Under the pieces are notes generated by a model, which worked only from the letters and a program-made list of their open reading frames with translations, had not been told where the DNA came from and made no database searches. Below, in pieces: positions 8,562-17,100 of a stretch of 64,000 bases of DNA (its first letter is position 1; every line of letters begins with the position of its first letter). Source of the DNA: a virus; the IMG/VR virus record IMGVR_UViG_3300036828_000755, positions 1 to 64,000 of that record, one strand, 5' to 3'. Made by a program: the position numbers and the translations under genes.

Positions 8562-10072
8562 ACGAAGAAAAAACAAACATAGTTGTCGGCCCACCAGGCA
8601 CCGGAAAGACCACCACGCTGCTGGGAGTGGTGGAGGAAGCCCTGGCGAGCGGCACCAAGCCGAGCAGGATCGGGTTCATCAGCTTCACCAAGAAGGCGGC
8701 GGAAGAAGGCAAGACGAGGGCGTCCGAGCGGTTCGGGATAGACCCCGAAAACCTCCCCCACTTCAGGACCATCCACTCGTTCGCGTTCAGGCACCTGAAC
8801 ATGAGGAGGGACCAGGTCTTCGGCTGGCCGCACATCAGGGAACTTGGCAGGATGCTCGGGATAGACTTCAAGGGAAGGGGAGAAGTCGAGGACGGGGATA
8901 CGTATGGGATGAACTCGGCCGACAGGCTGCTTTTCCTCGAGGGTCTGGCGAGGAATGTCAAGCGCCCACTCAAGGAGATCTGGAACGAGGCGTTCGAGGA
9001 CGAGGTGGACTGGTGGGAGCTGGAGAGGTTCGCCAAGGCCCTGGCACTTTTCAAGAAGAGCAGGATGCTCTCGGACTTCACGGACCTGCTCGAGAGGTTC
9101 TGCGCGTCTCCCCCGCACTCGATGCCGGAACTGGACCTGCTGATAGTCGACGAGGCCCAGGACCTCAGCCTACTGCAGTGGGACGCGGTCGAGATGCTGG
9201 CGAGCAAGGCGAAGGTGATCCACACCGCGGGAGACGACGACCAGGCAATCTACCGGTGGTCCGGGGCAGACGTGGAGAAGTTCATCAACCTCCCAGGATC
9301 GTCGAAGATCCTGGACGTCAGCTACAGGATCCCGAACTCGGTGCACAAGCTGGCCGACTCGATCTCCAGGCAGATCACCAAGCGCAGGCCAAAGACCTGG
9401 TTCCCGAGGGCGGAGGTCGGGTCCGTCAACTGGTTCAGCAGCATCGGGGAGGTGGACCTGTCAAGTGGGACGTGGCTCCTCCTCGCCAGGAACGGGTACA
9501 TGCTCGACGAACTCGAGGACTCCTGCCTTAGCCAGGGGTTCTCGTTCACGTCGGTCAACCGCGACCCGCTGAAGAGTCCCGCGCTAGAGGCCATCAGGAT
9601 CTGGGAGAACCTCAGGCGAGGCAAGGAGGAGTCTTCCGAGAAGGTCCTGGAAGCCTTCAAGTTCCTCCCGACCTACCTGACCTCGGCAGTCCTGGTCAAG
9701 AAGCTCAAGGCAGACGAGTCGGACCGGATGTACGCGATGCCGGAACTCAGGCAACTCGGGCTGAGGACCGACGAGATCTGGCACAAGGCACTGGCAAAGA
9801 TCTCGGACAAGGAGCGCGACTTCTTCATCGCCGCCAGGAAGAGGGGCGAGCCACTCCTCAAGGCTCCCCGCATAAGGATCAGCACCATACACTCCGTGAA
9901 GGGCGGGCAGGCGGACCACGTCTTGCTCATGTCCGACATGTCGCACAGGACCTTCCTAAATTACCAGAGCAACCCGGACGACGAACTACGAGTGTGGTAC
10001 GTGGCCTCGACGAGGTGCCGGATTTCGCTTAACATCATCATGCCGAGGACCAACCTGAGTTTCGAATTCTAG
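8558..10072 (+). CDS. UvrD/Rep-like SF1 helicase
   Basis: GPPGTGKTT Walker A, SFTKKAA, TIHS, VDEAQD, GDDDQAIY, SYR, TIHSVKG, YVASTR. Confidence 0.93.
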   Translation: MNEEKTNIVVGPPGTGKTTTLLGVVEEALASGTKPSRIGFISFTKKAAEEGKTRASERFGIDPENLPHFRTIHSFAFRHLNMRRDQVFGWPHIRELGRMLGIDFKGRGEVEDGDTYGMNSADRLLFLEGLARNVKRPLKEIWNEAFEDEVDWWELERFAKALALFKKSRMLSDFTDLLERFCASPPHSMPELDLLIVDEAQDLSLLQWDAVEMLASKAKVIHTAGDDDQAIYRWSGADVEKFINLPGSSKILDVSYRIPNSVHKLADSISRQITKRRPKTWFPRAEVGSVNWFSSIGEVDLSSGTWLLLARNGYMLDELEDSCLSQGFSFTSVNRDPLKSPALEAIRIWENLRRGKEESSEKVLEAFKFLPTYLTSAVLVKKLKADESDRMYAMPELRQLGLRTDEIWHKALAKISDKERDFFIAARKRGEPLLKAPRIRISTIHSVKGGQADHVLLMSDMSHRTFLNYQSNPDDELRVWYVASTRCRISLNIIMPRTNLSFEF

Positions 10073-10082
10073 GAGGTAAGTC

Positions 10083-12434
10083 GTGGAAGCACCAGGAGAA
10101 TTCCCATTCAAGACGCAGCCATATAAGCATCAGCTAGATGCCTGGAGGATTTGCAAGGATAGGGAAGCGTACGCCCTGTTCATGGAGATGGGCTGCGTCG
10201 ACGGCGACTCGACGATTTCCTTGAACTGGTTTGGAAATTCCAGCAACAAGACGCTGAGGGAATTGCACGATCGAGGAGTGCAGCCAAGGAGGCAAGTTAG
10301 GTCTGGCAGGTGCGCCGCAACTCGGTCATTCGTCGAAGGCTCATTTCGACTAAACGAGATCCTCTCAATAGCGGACGTTGGTCAGAAGGAGTCGGTCACC
10401 CTGACGCTAGCTTCCGGGAGAACGATCGCGGTAACCCCCGAACACGAAATCCTTACCACGGAAGGTTGGGCGTGTGCCGCAGCAATCCCCATTGGCGCAG
10501 AAATACTAACGAACATCTCAAAAGAAGAATGGGACGAGCGAAAACGTTCCATAAGAATTCCGCCAATTCCCCCGTGCGCCTTGTGCGGAAACCCAGACAG
10601 CATCAGGACGAGGAAGTCGAAGTATTTCGGGTGGTGCAGATCCTGCACGATGATGTACGTGTCGAAGAACTCGGAAGGTTGGACAATCGACAAGGATGGG
10701 TACATCAGGGTTGGCGGACACAAGGATCATCCCCGTTGTTCAACTTCAGGACAAGTCCTCGAACACATACTCGTGATGGAGAAGAAGTTAGGGAGATACC
10801 TTGCGCCAGACGAGCGAGTACACCACCATGATAGGAACCCGAAGAACAACGAACCTGAAAACCTAGAACTTCGAACTGCTGCAACCCACCACGAGGACCA
10901 CGAATGGTTCAAGAACCTGAGGCAAGACGTTTTTACCCCAGTTCCTGACACGCTGAAGGCTGCTAAATCAGGAGGCAAGCGCCAGATGTACGACCTCATG
11001 ATGAGGTCCCCAAACAACAGCTTCATCGCCAACGGGATCGTGGTCCACAACTGTGGCAAGAGCAAGGTCATCTGCGACAACGCTGCCTACCTCCACATGG
11101 ACAACAAGATCAAGGGCCAGGTGGTCGTCGCACCCAAGGGGGTGTACATGAACTGGGTAGAGAACGAGTTGCCGGCCCACATGTCCGAGGCCATCAAGCA
11201 CGGGGTTGCCTACTGGTCGTCCACGGCCTCGAAGGACGAGAAGGCCGCAATCAAGAAACTCTACCAAGAAGGCGATTTCTTGCGGACCCTGGTCGTCAAC
11301 GTGGAGGCGCTGAACACCGAGAGGGCCGCGAACGAGGTCGTCAACTTCATGCAAAAGTTCCCGAGCATGATCACCGTGGACGAGTCGACGACCATCAAGA
11401 ACCCCGACGCCAAGCGGACCAAGATCCTCATCAACGTCGGCAAGTACGCGAAGTACCGGAGGATCTGCACCGGGAACCCGATCCCAAACGGCCCGCTCGA
11501 CCTGTACAGCCAGGCGGAATTCCTGAAGCAAAACCAGCTGGGGTTCGCCAACTACTACGCCTTCAGGAACAGGTTCGCGGTGATGCAGGACCAGAAGCTC
11601 GGGAGCCGGTCGTTCAAGAAGGTCGTCGGGTACAGGGAGCAGGACCTCCTCAAAAGGCTGATGAGGCAGTTCTCCTACATCATCAAGAAGGAGGACTGCC
11701 TCGACCTACCTCCCAAGGTCTACCAGGTCGTCGACGTCTCGATGGGCCCCAGGCAGGCCGAGGCCTATAACAAGATGGTCGAGGACGCGTATGTCCTGCT
11801 GAAGGACGGCTCCCAGGTAACGGCGCAGATGGTGATCACGCAACTCCTCAGGCTTCACCAGATCTCGTGCGGCTTCCTGAGGCCGGACGGGATGCCCGAG
11901 GTCCCGTTCGACGAGCCAAACGAGAGGATGGAGGCGCTGCTCAACCTCCTCGACCAGGCCCCGGGCAAGGTCATCGTCTGGGCCAACTACAGGTACAACA
12001 TCAGGCAGATAGTCGCCGGGATCAGCGAGAAGTACGGGAAAGGGACGGTCGTCGAGTACTACGGCGACACCAGCGACGACGATCGCCGGGATGCTAAGAG
12101 GAGTTTCCAGGACCCGGGGTCTCCCGTGAAGTACATGGTCTCGAACCCAGACACAGGCAAGTGGGGGAACACCTGGACACAGGCAACGACGGTCGTCTAC
12201 TACTCCAACAGCTACAACCTCGAGGCGAGGGAGCAGTCCGAGGACAGGGCCCACAGGATAGGGCAGGTCGGGGCCGTGCACGCGGAAGGGTGCGAGCCGT
12301 CCGTGTTGTACGTGGACCTGAAAGCCAGGGGGACGGTCGACGAGCGGATCATCCGCGTCCTAAAGAACAAGAAAAAGCTCACGGACGAGATTGTCACGTC
12401 CAATTGGAGGTGGTTGATTGGCGAGGCCGCCTAG
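10083..12434 (+). CDS. SNF2-family helicase interrupted by an intein
   Basis: PYKHQ; EMG|CGKSK motif I once the intein is removed; VDES; TGNPIPN; LLRLHQI; GNTWT; QSEDRAHRIGQ. Confidence 0.93.
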   Translation: MEAPGEFPFKTQPYKHQLDAWRICKDREAYALFMEMGCVDGDSTISLNWFGNSSNKTLRELHDRGVQPRRQVRSGRCAATRSFVEGSFRLNEILSIADVGQKESVTLTLASGRTIAVTPEHEILTTEGWACAAAIPIGAEILTNISKEEWDERKRSIRIPPIPPCALCGNPDSIRTRKSKYFGWCRSCTMMYVSKNSEGWTIDKDGYIRVGGHKDHPRCSTSGQVLEHILVMEKKLGRYLAPDERVHHHDRNPKNNEPENLELRTAATHHEDHEWFKNLRQDVFTPVPDTLKAAKSGGKRQMYDLMMRSPNNSFIANGIVVHNCGKSKVICDNAAYLHMDNKIKGQVVVAPKGVYMNWVENELPAHMSEAIKHGVAYWSSTASKDEKAAIKKLYQEGDFLRTLVVNVEALNTERAANEVVNFMQKFPSMITVDESTTIKNPDAKRTKILINVGKYAKYRRICTGNPIPNGPLDLYSQAEFLKQNQLGFANYYAFRNRFAVMQDQKLGSRSFKKVVGYREQDLLKRLMRQFSYIIKKEDCLDLPPKVYQVVDVSMGPRQAEAYNKMVEDAYVLLKDGSQVTAQMVITQLLRLHQISCGFLRPDGMPEVPFDEPNERMEALLNLLDQAPGKVIVWANYRYNIRQIVAGISEKYGKGTVVEYYGDTSDDDRRDAKRSFQDPGSPVKYMVSNPDTGKWGNTWTQATTVVYYSNSYNLEAREQSEDRAHRIGQVGAVHAEGCEPSVLYVDLKARGTVDERIIRVLKNKKKLTDEIVTSNWRWLIGEAA
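10194..11051 (+). mobile_element. Intein (286 aa) carrying an HNH endonuclease
   Basis: Starts CVDGDS (Cys1), contains block B TPEHEILT, ends IANGIVVHN followed by +1 Cys. Internal GYIR...EHILVMEKKLGRYL...VHHHDRNPKNNEPENL is an HNH domain. Confidence 0.95.
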
Positions 12435-12450
12435 GACAACTGGTCATCCA

Positions 12451-12587
12451 CTCGGTTCCGGAAGAGTTGGTTGGTGAAACCAACAAATTGACCGAGTAAT
12501 ATCCCATAGCCAAATTTTGACGGTTTTGGTCTGTCCGAGCCTCGTCGCCCTCGTTTCCTTGTGAAGGAACTTGGGCGACGGTGCTCG
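12451..12587. terminator. Two stem-loops at the convergent junction of the replication and virion transcripts
   Basis: CTCGGT..GTTGGTT/AACCAAC..ACCGAG (12451-12496) and CGAGC-CGTCGCCC-GTTTCCTT/AAGGAAC-GGGCGACG-GCTCG (12536-12587). Confidence 0.55.
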
Positions 12588-12598
12588 TCGACCCAGGC

Positions 12599-13099
12599 CT
12601 ATGGGTGCAGGTTGACCGTGATGCTGGACGATGCCCCGCCGGTGTCCTTGGCCGTGATCGTGTCGCTGGAGTTGGCGGTGATCGTCGCCGGAGCAGTATA
12701 GAGCCCGGTCTGGTCGATCGTCCCCGTTCCCTGCACGGACCAGGTGAGCGTGTCCGTGACGGTGTTGCCACTGTTGTCGGTGATGGTCGCGGTGAACTGC
12801 TGCGTCCCAGCTGGTCCGAGCGACACGCCGAAGGGGGCGAGCGCTATCCGGTTCCCGGCCGTGACGGAGGTGGTGGTCTGGCTGTTGCCCCACTGGTCGC
12901 TCACGGTGCAGGTGTTGTTGCTGCCCCCTGAAACGCTGTGGACGCTCGCGGTGCAGGAAGCCCACGTGGTTCCCATGAGCGTGGTCATGGCGTCGAAGAT
13001 TGCCTGGACCTGGGTCGCGTCCATGGCCTTCGGCGTCACGCCATGGTGGGCACGAGCCGTAGTTGTTGTGGGGTGTTCCATCACTTTTCCTTCTTCCAT
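12599..13099 (-). CDS. Ig-like (Big_2-type) domain protein
   Basis: C-terminal GVSLGPAGTQQFTATITD...TWSVQGTGTIDQTGLYTAP is a bacterial Ig-like signature; AGGAG RBS. Confidence 0.75.
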   Translation of the reverse strand: MEEGKVMEHPTTTTARAHHGVTPKAMDATQVQAIFDAMTTLMGTTWASCTASVHSVSGGSNNTCTVSDQWGNSQTTTSVTAGNRIALAPFGVSLGPAGTQQFTATITDNSGNTVTDTLTWSVQGTGTIDQTGLYTAPATITANSSDTITAKDTGGASSSITVNLHP

Positions 13100-13125
13100 A
13101 CTTGTTCTCCTTTTCTTCTATTCGG

Positions 13126-13380
13126 TTATCGAACCGCCCCGCCTGCTGCGGGTTCCTCGCTCGCGCGAACCAGCTCTCGCCGATTTTCCGCGAGCTTCCA
13201 GCTTCCCTGCAACTTGTGGATGCGGGCAAAGTAGCTCAGCGTCGCGTTTCGGGCAATGTTTATCTGCGCCGACATGGCGCGCTCCTGCGTGTCGAGGTCG
13301 GCGAGCGCGCCGATGGCCGCGTCGTCGAGTGGGTAAGAGTCAGTTTCTGCTGTGGTTGTTACTTCTTCTTCTTGTTTCAT
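13126..13380 (-). CDS. Small hypothetical helical protein
   Basis: 84-aa ORF in operon orientation with an AAGGA RBS. Confidence 0.6.
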   Translation of the reverse strand: MKQEEEVTTTAETDSYPLDDAAIGALADLDTQERAMSAQINIARNATLSYFARIHKLQGSWKLAENRRELVRASEEPAAGGAVR

Positions 13381-13411
13381 GGTTTTCCTTTACGTTAGTT
13401 TCCTGCTCAAA

Positions 13412-13888
13412 TCAGTCAAGCTTCCATGCGCCAGCAGGTGGCGCAGAATTCGGGTCAAGGATCTGGTCGGCGCGGGCCTGCGTGATGAGCCCGACCTGCG
13501 CCTCGAAGTTCACAGCGTCGATGACGTTCTGGTGGGTGATGTTGATGGCGTCGTTGGCGATCATCGACGTGTTGATGGTGTTCATCCTTTCGAGGTCCTT
13601 TTTCTTGACGAGGTAGTTCACGTAGTTGTCCACCATCATCAATTCGTCCAGCATATAGCGGGCGCGGAAATGCTGCGTCGAGAACGTGGTCTTGGCCGGG
13701 ACCGGTTCGGGCGGCGGCAATTTCGGCGGCGTGAAGGTGGTCCCGTCGTAGGCCCACCCGATGCCGGGCATCGGGTCCATGCCCGTGATGTCCACCGACC
13801 CCGGGTACCACTTGTCCATGAAGGCCTGGTCAGCAACTACGACGTTGGCGACGATGCCGTCTTCTACTACTGCGTGTGTCTGTTCCAT
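13412..13888 (-). CDS. Tail-fibre-associated small protein (assembly/chaperone-like)
   Basis: HAVVEDGIVANVVV...GIGWAYDGTTFTPP pattern, typical of genes that follow Gly-rich tail fibres. Confidence 0.65.
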   Translation of the reverse strand: MEQTHAVVEDGIVANVVVADQAFMDKWYPGSVDITGMDPMPGIGWAYDGTTFTPPKLPPPEPVPAKTTFSTQHFRARYMLDELMMVDNYVNYLVKKKDLERMNTINTSMIANDAINITHQNVIDAVNFEAQVGLITQARADQILDPNSAPPAGAWKLD

Positions 13889-13890
13889 AG

Positions 13891-14130
13891 TTATCTCTTC
13901 TCAGAAAAAACGTGCTCGGTGGCAACCCACTGCGACCAGCGAAATGGCGTAGGGAAGTACGACATGGCTGTGGCAACGGCCTTCGCCTCCGCCTCGCTGT
14001 ATCGCTTCGCCTTCAGCGGGTCGGTCGTAAGCCACCCTCCCTCTCCTTTTGGGGGACCGGCCCACCACCCGTCAAACTTTCCCCCAGGCTTGGATTCGAC
14101 GAACCAACAGGCGTCGTTTGCGTGTCCCAT
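13891..14130 (-). CDS. Small Trp-rich hypothetical protein
   Basis: ATG at 14130 preceded by GGGGAG; fills the gap between the fibre and the assembly-like gene. Confidence 0.55.
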   Translation of the reverse strand: MGHANDACWFVESKPGGKFDGWWAGPPKGEGGWLTTDPLKAKRYSEAEAKAVATAMSYFPTPFRWSQWVATEHVFSEKR

Positions 14131-14141
14131 GTTCTCCCCGC

Positions 14142-17100
14142 CTATTCGAACCACGTGACGATGCAGATGCCGGAACCGCCAACACCGCCCTGGTACTGGT
14201 AAGAACCGCCACCACCGCCGCCGGAATTTGCAGCGGCTGGTGCAGGGATTCCGCCTCCCCCATTGCCGGGCGCTCCCCCGTTCGACCCTGATCCTGGACC
14301 GCCGCCCTGTGACCCCGGAATGCTTCCACCACCGCCACCGCCGCCATACCCGTACAGCCCGGGGCCGCCATTGCCTCCCTGATAAAAGGAGCTCGAAGCA
14401 CTCATATAGAACATCACTCCCATTTCACCCGCGCCGCCTGCACCGCCACCGCCACCATACCCGAAATAACTGTAGCCACCACCGGAACCTAAAGGTCCTC
14501 CCGAAGCACCACCGCTGGCACCGGCAGAACCAGCCCCTCCGGCGGCGCTCAGCAGTCCGCCAAAACTGGAAGTACCACCGCCGGCCTGAGCACCGCCACC
14601 GCCACCGACGGTCACGGCAACAGCGGCAGTCACCTGGACCGTCCTCAACATGACGGCGCCACCGCCGCCCCCGCCACCGCTGTTGGCCCCGCCACCGCCA
14701 CCGCCCACCAGCAGGACCGTGACCCAACCACCAGCCGCGAGCAATGCGGCAGACGGAGTGAAGGTGCCGGACCCGTTAAAGACTTGCTGCGGATTCTTGG
14801 GAGCGCCGCCAGCTGCCAGCGGCGTACCGTTTACTCGGTAAGCGCCGGTGATGTTCACGTCACCAGCTACGTTCAACGGATAAGTCGTCGCAGCGCCATT
14901 GATGGCAACGTAGCCATTACCGTTATTGAACGTAATCGGACGAAGACTGTTCCACGATCCGTAAGGGTCGCCTGAGGCTGTCAACAGCAAGTATGTGCTG
15001 CTTCCGTCATTCCTCCAGAAGGACGAGATGGACGAGCTGAACATTCGAAACTGACCGAAACCGCCGCTGGTCATTAAGCCGACCACTTCGCCGCTGAATC
15101 GACCTGTGCCGACAACATCGAGCGCATCGCCGGGCGTGATGGTGCCAATTCCTACGAAGCCATTCGATGCCTGGAGAACTACTGCCGGAGCTGGCGTGCC
15201 TGCTGTTCCGACCTTGAGCCACATGTTGCCGCTGCCGTCCGTACCGATGCCGGACCAGTTGACGGAGCTGAAATTGTAAAGCTGAATGTTGGCATCGGTG
15301 ACGGCTGGCGCTGTCATGCCACCGGAAGCCGTCCCAAGTAAATTTCCCTTAGCGACGGTATTCAACGCGCCTGTCAGGTGAATATTGCCTATGACATCCA
15401 GTGCGGATCCAGGAGTAGCAGTACCTATACCGACCATGCCGGAACTGGACGTGATCGAAGCCGTCCAGCTCCCGGCGCCGTAGTCGTACATGGTCCAGCT
15501 TCCGCCGGGTGCCGGATTCAGTGCCAAGCTGTTGCCTCCGCTGCCCTGCACCACGAACGCCGTTCCCCCTGCTGATTTGACGACCAGCCCCGTAGTCATC
15601 GACACTGACGGTGGTGAACCGCCAGGCAAAGCGGTGCCGATCCCGACCAGGCCGGCAGAAGTTATCGTGACCGCAAGCGTGCCAGCCCTGATGTTGTCCC
15701 AATTACCACCGTTCGAGATCTTCAACTTGAAGGCGTCGCCTGTGTCAACACCTATGTTCCAGACGGTCTGTGCCTGTACCCGGAACGCCAGGATTGGATT
15801 GTAGGACGTCTGGTTCGGTACGTCGATGGCGAGGATGCTGTCAGCCGTGCTGGAGAGAACGTGCAGGGGCTGCAGGGGAGCAGTAATGCCTATGCCGACG
15901 TTGCCAGCAGAAGTTATCACAGCTTTAATGGTTCCGGCAAACTGAAAATTGATCGCAGCCAGGGTGGTGACTGACGGCGCGCTGCCAATCGCCATGTTTG
16001 TGATTGTCAGCGCCGGAGCGCCTACCTGAGTGGCCAGAAGCTCAACCGCGGAACCCCTGGCATCGAGGTTGAGGTAGCTGTTGTTGGCAGGATCGGGCTG
16101 ATTAAAGATCTGCACCGCCCCATAGCCACCGGTGAAACTGTCGCTCTGTAGGCCGGCCAGCACCTTCAATATCGTCTGCGTGGCGCTGGCTCCGGTCGCC
16201 TGCATTTTCAGGGAACCCTGAGCCGTGATCGGTGACGTATTTGTGAGCACGATCGGCGTATTCGTGTTGGCAAAATTCAGCGTGCCAAGGTTGTTCAGGT
16301 TGTGGGTCGCTGCATCGATGTCCTGCGCCCACGGCGTCTGCGACCCGGTGACCGGAACCCCGTTGATGCGGAAAGCCCCGGTGCAGTTCACGTCGCCGGC
16401 CACGTCGAGCTTGTACGCAGGGGAGGTTGTGCCAATGCCAACGTTGCCGCTGTCCACGACCGTCAGGAGATCCGTCACCGTGCTGACATTTTGCTTTGAG
16501 ATCGCCAACCGCCACCCAGAATTGTCGGTGCCAAAGACCAGCCGGTTCGAGATCGGGGACGCGCCGCCCGTCGCCATGTAGAGGCTGCCGACCTGGCCCG
16601 CAGGATTCCCAGCATAGACTCCTGTCGATCCGTGGACGGTGCCAACCACGTCTAGTGCATACCCAGGAGTCTGTGTTCCGATGCCAACACTGCCGCCCAT
16701 GAGGTACAGGCCGGAAGTGGCAAACGTCATCGGCGTATACCCCGATTGAGCTGAGTTCACGGACTCCAAGATGATGCCAGCGGCAGTGTATCCAAAAGAG
16801 GCTGCATCACCGCGGAAATTGAGCATGCGATCCGCGCCCGCGCTAACAACCAGCGGATATGTAGGAGCGGAGCCAATACCCACGTAACCGTTGCTCGAAA
16901 GAACCATCTGCGGGGTGCCTGTATTCGGGTCGATGCCGGCCCCGAACGTGAGCTGGTTGTTGTTCACCCCGATGCCATAAGCCGTTGCACCGGTGAGGTA
17001 CGTGGCAACCTTGACCGGGGCCAGGTTTGTGCCACACCCGATGACAGGGCTGGTGGCGCTGGTGGCCGAGATCTGGCCCGACACTGTCAGCGCACAAGTT

